Positions 55,906 through 63,263 of a stretch of DNA of 63,263 nucleotides are shown here, piece by piece. Where the stretch lies: positions 1 through 63,263 of the forward strand of contig JAYSQG010000007.1 of NCBI GenBank assembly GCA_043721685.1, given 5' to 3'. Position 1 is the stretch's first letter; every line of letters begins with the position of its first letter. This DNA comes from Saprospiraceae bacterium (lineage in GTDB: Bacteria; Bacteroidota; Bacteroidia; Chitinophagales; Saprospiraceae). The notes under the pieces are model-generated. The model was not told the origin of the DNA, made no database searches, and saw only the letters and a list, made by a program, of their open reading frames with translations. A program made the position numbers and the translations under genes.

Positions 55906-56982
55906 ATGGTTCGATTTGTAAGAAAAATTAATCTCTGGATTATATTATTGACGTTATTGGCGTACATCGCGCCCTATATTAGCCCTGCGCAAGTGTCATT
56001 GTTTATGTTTATGGGCGTCGCTTTTCCATGGCTTTTGATTGTCAATTTTCTTTTTGTGGGTATTTGGGCATTGAGTCGTTACCGATATTGGTGGTATTCG
56101 GCAGCCGTTGTAGTTGTTGGATGGTCGCATTTGACGAGTGTTTTTGGTGTTCATTTCAGCCAGGCTCAAAGCCTAAATACTGAGGGGGGTAAAAAATCTG
56201 TTGGTTTGCGCGTGATGAGTTACAATGTTCATGGTCTGATTACGCCAGGCGCAAAAAACATAATTGCTGCACGCCTTGAATTGAGTCGTTTTTTAGAAAA
56301 GCAAAATGCAGATGTCATCTGCTTTCAAGAATATTTATTTCAATGGGGTGAGAATTATGATAAACAAATGCTTGATGACATACCTTTTCTGAAAAAATAC
56401 CCTTACTCAATACGTATTAAAGGCAACGATTTGGCTATTTTTTCCCGTTTTCCTATACTTAATTCTGGTATTTTGCTTAATCGTAACGATTCAAATGGCT
56501 GTACCTATGCCGATATTTCAGTACGTGGTCAAAATGTGCGTTTTTATTCCTTACAACTTCGGTCGAATGTTGTAAGCGATATTGCAGATGATTTGGCAAA
56601 ACGTAAAGATATTACTAACGATGACTCTTGGTTTAACGTAGGACGTATGTTAACTCGTTTTCGACGGTATGGTATTATTCGTGCAAAGGATTCAGAGGCA
56701 GTTAAAAAACATATAAAGGAAAGCCCAAATCCTGTCATTCTCTGTGGCGACTTCAACGACATTCCTGTTTCGTATTCCTACAAAACCCTTTCAGACGGCT
56801 TTATTGATGCTTTTCAAGAGACAGGACGAGGTGTAGGAACAACTTACGCAGGGCATATACCTGCTTTGCGGATTGACTATATTTTGACCGACCCTCGTTT
56901 CAAACCGCTTAATTGTTTCATCTTTCGCGTCCGTCATTCCGACCATTATCCTGTTGTGAGTGATATAGTCATTGGTCATTAG
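55906..56982 (+). CDS. membrane-anchored endonuclease/exonuclease/phosphatase (EEP) family protein
   Basis: 358 aa with N-terminal TM helices, then the EEP blocks VMSYNV, CFQE, GDFN and SDHYP. Confidence 0.8.
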   Translation: MVRFVRKINLWIILLTLLAYIAPYISPAQVSLFMFMGVAFPWLLIVNFLFVGIWALSRYRYWWYSAAVVVVGWSHLTSVFGVHFSQAQSLNTEGGKKSVGLRVMSYNVHGLITPGAKNIIAARLELSRFLEKQNADVICFQEYLFQWGENYDKQMLDDIPFLKKYPYSIRIKGNDLAIFSRFPILNSGILLNRNDSNGCTYADISVRGQNVRFYSLQLRSNVVSDIADDLAKRKDITNDDSWFNVGRMLTRFRRYGIIRAKDSEAVKKHIKESPNPVILCGDFNDIPVSYSYKTLSDGFIDAFQETGRGVGTTYAGHIPALRIDYILTDPRFKPLNCFIFRVRHSDHYPVVSDIVIGH

Positions 56983-57056
56983 TCTTTTGCCGATTGTTAT
57001 GTCTTCTAACGGCATAAAAAAGGGGATCGAAAATGCCCCCCTCAGTAATCTTATAT

Positions 57057-57422
57057 TTATGTTGATGATGATCGACTGAACGCCCGCCCGCCAAAACCAC
57101 CCCTTGAAATCGTTGATTTTACGGCATTTGACCCCACATTTGAGGTTTTGCTCAAGCCACGCGAGTAAAAACCAGTGCGGCTGTATCCATTTCCGTAACG
57201 AGATGAACCATAAGGTCGAAAAGCATAATACCACAACAAGGCAGTGCCTACGCCGTGGTGATGCGTGCGTGTATAATGTGCGGTTGTATCGGATCGCATA
57301 TAGACTTTTTTGTCTGTTTTTGCATCCCAATCACCGCTTGCACCTTGTGGGCTTTCTGTTTTGTTACATGAAGCTAAGGCGGCTGTGATGAGGACGAGAC
57401 TGACTAATTTCGATTTTTTCAT
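57057..57422 (-). CDS. hypothetical lipoprotein
   Basis: 121 aa with the lipobox LITAALASC and a Gly/Arg/Ser-rich C-terminus. Confidence 0.55.
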   Translation of the reverse strand: MKKSKLVSLVLITAALASCNKTESPQGASGDWDAKTDKKVYMRSDTTAHYTRTHHHGVGTALLWYYAFRPYGSSRYGNGYSRTGFYSRGLSKTSNVGSNAVKSTISRGGFGGRAFSRSSST

Positions 57423-57434
57423 GGTGCCTTAGAT

Positions 57435-57770
57435 TTATTTAACTGTGATATAAAATTCATAATCTTTTTGACCTGCCGCTGTCGTTGCGTTGCCTTGTGC
57501 ATCAGCAGCTTGGATATTGGCAGTGCCGAGCGCAGGAATCGTATCAGCATGGCGTACTTCACTGACCACGACACCGTTGTTCCAAACTTTATGCGTAGTC
57601 ACCAATACATCGCGGTTGTCGGGCAAGTGTTCGGTTGTCAATTGGCTTTCGATTGAGCCATTGTGTGAAATATCTTTTGTTTCCACTTTGTCGTCATTTT
57701 CGTTGCCATCGTCGCAACTAACAAACAATGTTGTAGAAAAGATAAGAAGAATGGATAGGAAACGTATCAT
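57435..57770 (-). CDS. hypothetical lipoprotein
   Basis: 111 aa with the lipobox TTLFVSC. Confidence 0.5.
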   Translation of the reverse strand: MIRFLSILLIFSTTLFVSCDDGNENDDKVETKDISHNGSIESQLTTEHLPDNRDVLVTTHKVWNNGVVVSEVRHADTIPALGTANIQAADAQGNATTAAGQKDYEFYITVK

Positions 57771-57856
57771 TTTTTTATGTGTTTTTAGATGAAAAATTTA
57801 CAAAGAATCGGGTATTTTCAAAATATCCGATTCTTATGAATGTAAGGCGATAACGC

Positions 57857-58051
57857 TTAACCAACTTTATTTTTATTTTCTAAATATTTAAAAACAAAAT
57901 AAACCAAACCACCGACAATGAGTAGCCATAAAAGCGGTCCTAAGATGCGGAGAACAAAAAGCACTAAAATAACGGCACCAACTATGAGAAAAATATTGCC
58001 GTTCTTACCACGTAATACTTGAATAATATTATCTAAAAAGTCCTTTATCAT
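57857..58051 (-). CDS. small two-TM membrane protein (hypothetical)
   Basis: 64 aa with two hydrophobic helices, lying 33 nt upstream of the next co-oriented gene. Confidence 0.4.
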   Translation of the reverse strand: MIKDFLDNIIQVLRGKNGNIFLIVGAVILVLFVLRILGPLLWLLIVGGLVYFVFKYLENKNKVG

Positions 58052-58083
58052 TGTTTTATAATTTTAAAATTTGATTAATATTT

Positions 58084-58776
58084 TTATGTTAAATAATTTT
58101 TCATATTTGTAACGTCCTGTTCAATCTGTCCTACAAGTGACTGATAGGTTGCCGCAAAATCCTTTTGCGTTTGTTCCACTTTGACGGTTGACTGCGCGAT
58201 GTCTTCTTTCAATTTTGTTACATCTTGACGATGTTGTGCGATTTCATCGGTCAGTTTTTTAATCTGTTCCGCTTTTTGCTGCATCACCGCTTCGAGGTTT
58301 TCGACTTGCCCTTGTTTATTGCCTACTTGTGCAACACGTTGATTTTCAGCCGCTTGTGAAAATTTTGTGTTCTCGTTTTTTAAAATTTCGAGATAATGTA
58401 AAGCAGAATTGACCAATTTGTTTGGTGTTGCGCCCATCGTCGAAGCCATAGCGAAAGCCGATTTATAACGAGTCGCTTCGTCCATCGGCATATTTGCCAA
58501 ATTTTGAAGCGATTGTTTGAACTCAAAATAATCTAATCCATCTAAGTTCGCAGCTTCCATCGCTCCAAACAAGGCTTGCATAAATTTTTCGTTGACCGTT
58601 CCATCGCCCACAGGAGCCGAAAAGGTCGGTTTTACTGAGGGGGGCATTGTCGTTTTAACATCTTCCTTTGAAGGTGTTTGCGTCTCTTTTTGTACCGTTT
58701 TTACAGGTTGATTGACCGCAGCGTTTGGATCTGCTTGAATAAAAACGCCTTTAAATTTTGACCATAAATCATTCAT
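58084..58776 (-). CDS. hypothetical coiled-coil protein
   Basis: 230 aa with an amphipathic N-terminus, a Pro/Thr linker and a long C-terminal coiled coil. No family recognised. Confidence 0.5.
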   Translation of the reverse strand: MNDLWSKFKGVFIQADPNAAVNQPVKTVQKETQTPSKEDVKTTMPPSVKPTFSAPVGDGTVNEKFMQALFGAMEAANLDGLDYFEFKQSLQNLANMPMDEATRYKSAFAMASTMGATPNKLVNSALHYLEILKNENTKFSQAAENQRVAQVGNKQGQVENLEAVMQQKAEQIKKLTDEIAQHRQDVTKLKEDIAQSTVKVEQTQKDFAATYQSLVGQIEQDVTNMKNYLT

Positions 58777-59001
58777 AATTTTTCGTTATGTTTCGATTAG
58801 ATAATAGAATAAGATAAAAAATAGGGTCAGAAGTTCCGTGGATTGGGAAATAACCGATAAATCTAAGGTTATAATCGGCAAAGTTGCATTTTTTTTGGAA
58901 AATACGGTGAGCTAAGCGAAGGCTGTTTTGGGATAAAAGAATTTTGAGGTTAACAATATTTTGGGTGAGGTTTTTTGTTTCAGACTCTTTTGGGTCTGAA
59001 T

Positions 59002-60177
59002 TTATAGCAATTTTGAAAACTCCGTACTGCGTGCAGCCCAGGAGTTTTGCGAAGCGAAATGCTTAAGCCGCGCTGAATCGGTGTTTGAATAGTCTCCTTG
59101 AGCTAATTGCAAAAAGGCATCATCATCATCGGCAATGTGAACGACGGATTCAAAATCGCTTAAATCTGCAAAACGAGTTGACACGACGGGTTTTCCGGCT
59201 GCTAAATATTCATTTATTTTTAAAGGATAAATACCTTTTGTCAACTCATTTTTGACAAAAGGAATCAAACAGACATCAAATTTTTGCACCCATGCGGGTA
59301 AGGTTGCAGGCGGTTGCGAACCGACAATGATCACATTTGGAAAGGCTGACAACCGCTTTTCGTAAGCCGATTGGGTCACACGTCCAACAAAAACGTAATT
59401 ATACTGAGGGGTCGTTGAAATGAGTTTTTCGAGCAAATCGTAGTCCATCCTTTCATCAACCGAACCGAGATAACCGATGATCTTTTTACCTTCTTCGAGT
59501 TGAACAATAGGCAGAACATGTGGTTTCTGACTGAAAAGCTCGTAGTTAACGCCATTTTTAATCAAAAAACAATTTGGATTCTCCTTGGATTTTTTCTCTA
59601 ATAAACCCTGTGACGTGACAATGACTGAATCTACTTTTTTCAAAAAATCATCTTCTAATCGCTTGCCATGCCGACTTGCCCACCTTGCGGATCCAATATC
59701 GTCGTAGCAATAATAAATAAGTTTTGAGCTATTTAATTTGCCTGCCAACGAATTTCCGAAGCAAGGATTGAAAGCATTGACGACCGTCGGTGATGTCATA
59801 CCGGTGGTTTTCATGGCTTTTAGAATGGTTCTTTTTATGAAAAAAACATTTATACGATTAACTGCATCGTAAACTTTAGGGTTTTTTAAAAAATTAATCG
59901 GAAGGATAGGGGGTAAAGTCAAAAGGTGGATTTCAGCCCCATTTTCAAGGGGCATCACACTCAATCGAGGTTTTACACCCGACAAACGTTTCCACGATAT
60001 ATAGCCTTTGCCAAACCAACTTAAGATAAAATCCTTCCAAGTAAAAGCGTAATTAACATACAAGATACGATGACCGAGCAGCGCCAGCTCGGTCATTAGT
60101 TGTACCGTTGACTTCAAATAATTGCCTCGCCAAGCAGGAAAAGCAACGCAAACAATGTCTTTTTTTTGTTTAATCAT
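59002..60177 (-). CDS. GT-B fold glycosyltransferase (GT4-like)
   Basis: 391 aa. The C-terminal half carries an E-x7-E-like region (PLKINEYLAAGKPVVST). Confidence 0.75.
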   Translation of the reverse strand: MIKQKKDIVCVAFPAWRGNYLKSTVQLMTELALLGHRILYVNYAFTWKDFILSWFGKGYISWKRLSGVKPRLSVMPLENGAEIHLLTLPPILPINFLKNPKVYDAVNRINVFFIKRTILKAMKTTGMTSPTVVNAFNPCFGNSLAGKLNSSKLIYYCYDDIGSARWASRHGKRLEDDFLKKVDSVIVTSQGLLEKKSKENPNCFLIKNGVNYELFSQKPHVLPIVQLEEGKKIIGYLGSVDERMDYDLLEKLISTTPQYNYVFVGRVTQSAYEKRLSAFPNVIIVGSQPPATLPAWVQKFDVCLIPFVKNELTKGIYPLKINEYLAAGKPVVSTRFADLSDFESVVHIADDDDAFLQLAQGDYSNTDSARLKHFASQNSWAARSTEFSKLL

Positions 60178-60961
60178 TTTTTTCGAGTATGAGAATTTCT
60201 TTAGAAATCAAAAAACTTAAAGGAAAAACACGTGGATTGATACCCCTCAGTATCGGCAGCCTTTTGAGCAAGCTGTGGCTCAAACGTGTATTGATTTTAA
60301 AACCTGTTTTTTCTAAAATGGGTGAAAAATTGCTGTGCGTCAAGCGATTTAAGCCATTATACGCTTCGATTAAGTCACTTTCATGCTCACCGCTGATTTT
60401 TTCATTCTTTTTTTCAATCCATTTCAACAATAATTTTTGAGGCAAAAACTGGCACCACGGCAGACCCGTAACGCGGACAACGTGAGACGCATAAGGGCTT
60501 TGCCACGGCGGATAGCTGACGAAAATGCGTCCTTTTGGGCTTAACAGGTGATGAAATTCTGCAAAAATGTTTTCTAAAATGGAAAAAGGAATGTGTTCAG
60601 CGACATCATTCATAAAAATAGCGTCAAAAGTCCCTTCATACTGAGGGGGTAATTTGTCAGTCGTAATGTCGCGTTTTTCAAATGAGACATTCGAGACACC
60701 ATGCTTTTGTTTGAGGTGATTGGCAACGTTGACGTGAAAACCGTCAATGTCAACACCTTTGACTGAACATGTCCAGTTTTTGGCATACCAAAGACTCATA
60801 CCACCCATGCCTGAACCGAAGTCGAGGACACGTTTGCCGTCTAAATTGAAGTGTTTTCGGATGAAATCTTTGTCCACTTGCAAATGGCGTGCGGAGTCGT
60901 TTAGGAAATTGTTTTCTGCATAAGACAGACTATTGTCCATTAGTTCAACTGATAAGGTCAT
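60170..60961 (-). CDS. class I SAM-dependent methyltransferase
   Basis: 263 aa with motif I VLDFGSGMGG and the post-I acidic residue. It overlaps the downstream GT gene by 8 nt. Confidence 0.8.
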   Translation of the reverse strand: MTLSVELMDNSLSYAENNFLNDSARHLQVDKDFIRKHFNLDGKRVLDFGSGMGGMSLWYAKNWTCSVKGVDIDGFHVNVANHLKQKHGVSNVSFEKRDITTDKLPPQYEGTFDAIFMNDVAEHIPFSILENIFAEFHHLLSPKGRIFVSYPPWQSPYASHVVRVTGLPWCQFLPQKLLLKWIEKKNEKISGEHESDLIEAYNGLNRLTHSNFSPILEKTGFKINTRLSHSLLKRLPILRGINPRVFPLSFLISKEILILEKND

Positions 60962-61004
60962 GTGCTAAGATTTTGATTATTAAATAGTTATGATTTATAT
61001 TATT

Positions 61005-63218
61005 TTAATTTTCAGCCCAGTTTCGTTTCATCAAACGCTTAAGTTTACGGCGGAACGGACTGCGTTGGCGTGGAATTTCACCAATACTATCTTCCAGCAA
61101 ATCAATACGCACCGCATTTAGAACAAGGCGACAAGGGCGTTTTAGGAATTTGTTGATGGTTTCAATCGCTCGTTTGTCTGCGGGCAACCACGAGCGATTG
61201 GCACGACAAACGAGCAAGGCTACATCAATTTGGCTCAACAATCGAGCAGGATAATTGCCACCAATAAGTGACGGAATCTCCGTGATGATATAGTTGAAGT
61301 GATGCCAAACAATGTCTTCCCCACCGAGTAAATCGGCTTCATCTTCCTTGTCAATGAGTGAAAAATCAACTTTATAAAACTTATTGTCTTCGTGGCTTTG
61401 TTCGTCTTCAAGCGGCTTATCATCTGGGCGAATGTATAACACCCTGTGACCATAAGTGCGCAACATAGCAACAGCTTGTTTGCCAACAGAAGTTTTCCCA
61501 TCTCCATCGTTGGTACTCAAAATGACAATGCGCGCGAGGACGGTGCGTGTATGGAGTTGCAAATCAATTTTCAAGTGCTGCAAAAGTTGTTCAATGCCCC
61601 TTGAAACGACCATATCAAACCTAATAATGGGGTGTTTTGCCCAGTTTTTAGGTAGTTTTGGGAGTGCCGTGAACATCTGCAAACTAGTTGTTTCTCCTGC
61701 ATTTTCGGGAGTTCGCAGTGTTGCATCGAGCATTTCGAGGGCAATTAACAGAGCCAATGGCAAAACAAGACCGACGACAACCGATAAAATGAGGAGTGTC
61801 GAGCGTTTAGAGGGGTTGGGTTTGTCAGGATAATGCGGCGGGTCAACGATGCGCACTTTGCCTGACATCATCATATTGAGTTTGTGTATACGTACCACGT
61901 TTGTACTGTGCAGGTTTTCGAGATAGGCTTTTTCAGCCACGTCGATTTCGCGCTCTAAACGCTTTATTTTTGAACCCCAAGGCGCAAATTTGTTATAAAT
62001 ACGGTCAAATTCTGCTTTTCTTTCTCTAAAAACGGTCATACGTGCCAAGCCTTGTTCAACATCAATCCATTGATTGAGCCACTGTGCAAGGATGTTTTTA
62101 ACCTCAACACCTTCCGGCGTGCGCTCGACACCGAAAATGGATTCGGCACTTCGGCGCAAATCCGCTTTAAGCTTTTCTGCTTGGTTTTGAAGTAGTCTGA
62201 CGGTTTTTGTATCTACTTGTTTTGTACTGTCGTCAAGCGAGCCAATCTCAAGGTTTGCTAAACGCGAAGAAATGGAGGAAAGGGACTGCCTTTGCCGCGC
62301 AATGTTTTCATTGATTTTTGGTAGGCTACCCCGATTGCCCAACTGTGCCTCGAGGTTGCGACGCGCCGAGTCAGCCGCCGCGAGGTGCATCATTTCTTTG
62401 AAATACAATTCATCTAATTCTTCTTTTTTAGAGGCAATGAAGCGGGTTTGCTCGTAGTAGTTGATGATTTTGTTGTCCACCATAAAACTGAGCATATTGT
62501 CTTCCTTTCCACTAAGGGATGCGGCGGATTCATTGGTCGTTTTTTCAAAGAAACTCAATACATCGCCTGACTGATTTTCTTTTGTCATACGGTACTTATC
62601 TGTGAAAACTTTAACTAGAACCTCAATTGTATTGCGGCAAATGGAGGGGTCGGTTGACGTATAAGCAACCTTTATTTGGTCGGAGTTTCCATCCCTTTTA
62701 ATGACTAATTTTTCGATATGGTCAACACCAAACAACGAATGACCGCCTTCCAATATCGATTTGATGACATTGGGTGTATCCGTATCACGCCAGGCTTCTA
62801 TTTTTTGTTTAGTCGCTTCAAAAGACTGATAATCAACAACTTGGGCGCGAATGTCTTCTGGTATTTCTTTTTTCAATTCGTTGAAAGCAGCCTCCCCGAT
62901 GAATTCTACTGAGGGGGATTTCTGCATTAAACATTGCGCCAAGAGATACGCACCAACTTCTAATTGGGTCTCGCGGCTCTTGGCGATGCCCAGAATATTT
63001 TCCATTTCGTTGTTGGTGAAGCCGTAGTCAATACGCCCACCATTCGACGATTCGATGTTGTAACCTGAGACCAAACCTGTGTTTAAAAGAGAATTTGATT
63101 CGTATTCTTTGGGCAGATTTTTGGTCATGTGAAAAGTCACACCTCCTGCCAAACCAGCTGAAAGTATGAGCAAATAACGATTTCTAAGTATTAGTCGGAG
63201 TAAAGTAATTAGGTTCAT
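61005..63218 (-). CDS. polysaccharide chain-length determinant / tyrosine-autokinase-like exopolysaccharide transport protein
   Basis: 737 aa with an N-terminal TM helix, a Wzz-like coiled periplasmic region, a second TM helix and a C-terminal P-loop-like domain (STNDGDGKTS). Confidence 0.75.
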   Translation of the reverse strand: MNLITLLRLILRNRYLLILSAGLAGGVTFHMTKNLPKEYESNSLLNTGLVSGYNIESSNGGRIDYGFTNNEMENILGIAKSRETQLEVGAYLLAQCLMQKSPSVEFIGEAAFNELKKEIPEDIRAQVVDYQSFEATKQKIEAWRDTDTPNVIKSILEGGHSLFGVDHIEKLVIKRDGNSDQIKVAYTSTDPSICRNTIEVLVKVFTDKYRMTKENQSGDVLSFFEKTTNESAASLSGKEDNMLSFMVDNKIINYYEQTRFIASKKEELDELYFKEMMHLAAADSARRNLEAQLGNRGSLPKINENIARQRQSLSSISSRLANLEIGSLDDSTKQVDTKTVRLLQNQAEKLKADLRRSAESIFGVERTPEGVEVKNILAQWLNQWIDVEQGLARMTVFRERKAEFDRIYNKFAPWGSKIKRLEREIDVAEKAYLENLHSTNVVRIHKLNMMMSGKVRIVDPPHYPDKPNPSKRSTLLILSVVVGLVLPLALLIALEMLDATLRTPENAGETTSLQMFTALPKLPKNWAKHPIIRFDMVVSRGIEQLLQHLKIDLQLHTRTVLARIVILSTNDGDGKTSVGKQAVAMLRTYGHRVLYIRPDDKPLEDEQSHEDNKFYKVDFSLIDKEDEADLLGGEDIVWHHFNYIITEIPSLIGGNYPARLLSQIDVALLVCRANRSWLPADKRAIETINKFLKRPCRLVLNAVRIDLLEDSIGEIPRQRSPFRRKLKRLMKRNWAEN

Positions 63219-63263
63219 TTGTCGTCTCTTCTTTTCCTAAAAAAAAATATCAACAGTGTAATG

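Noticed and set aside
56791-57330. A 179-aa ORF overlaps the EEP gene end and the lipoprotein gene.
   Set aside because: The competing ORFs have clear features: EEP motifs in one, and a lipobox signal peptide at 57422 in the other. This ORF has none.
1-63263. I searched for CRISPR arrays, tRNA or rRNA genes, transposases, integrases and prophage genes.
   Set aside because: None was found. All spacers of 200 bp or more were read on both strands. No cloverleaf-like tRNA structure, regularly spaced direct repeat or recombinase-like ORF was seen.

Overview
This 63.3-kb window reads as a core-chromosome segment of a Bacteroidota genome, Cytophagia/Sphingobacteriia-like. The evidence is TAnnTTTG -7 boxes, no Shine-Dalgarno sequences, and gene content such as Omp28-like, DUF2147, GSCFA, PadR-PspC and a fused DAHP-synthase/chorismate-mutase. 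I support about 60 protein genes. They include dut, pepD, a PadR-PspC pair, HigB/HigA, a UvrD-type helicase fused to a 4-Cys PD-(D/E)XK nuclease, tatA, aceA plus a frameshifted aceB, and an ECF sigma/anti-sigma pair next to a CotH kinase. Further genes are a PIN toxin pair, lolE-like, fabH, cysS, bacilliredoxin, pcm, lgt, mtaB, metK, an aromatic amino-acid operon (pheA, aminotransferase, tyrA, DAHPS-CM), mutL, two rhomboids and the start of an exopolysaccharide locus. I found no rRNA, tRNA, CRISPR array, transposase or integrase. The most unusual signals are at DNA level, not gene level. (1) The non-palindromic 10-mer TACTGAGGGG occurs 49 times exactly, about one copy per 1.3 kb. It lies on both strands, in intergenic DNA and in all five stop-free reading frames of unrelated genes, which resembles a DNA-uptake-sequence-like genomic signature. 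(2) Two further copies of that motif are split by a 19-nt palindrome (TCCRAAGGAnTCCTTYGGA), and a third copy of the palindrome is flanked by a 7-bp direct repeat. (3) A Phe/Tyr-rich 29-codon leader ORF plus an intrinsic terminator precedes the aromatic operon. (4) Three paralogous modules each combine a conserved 16-mer, a hairpin and a U-tail, and look like small RNAs. (5) Several families of word-repeat hairpins abut stop codons. All product calls come from reading the translated ORFs. No database search was run.
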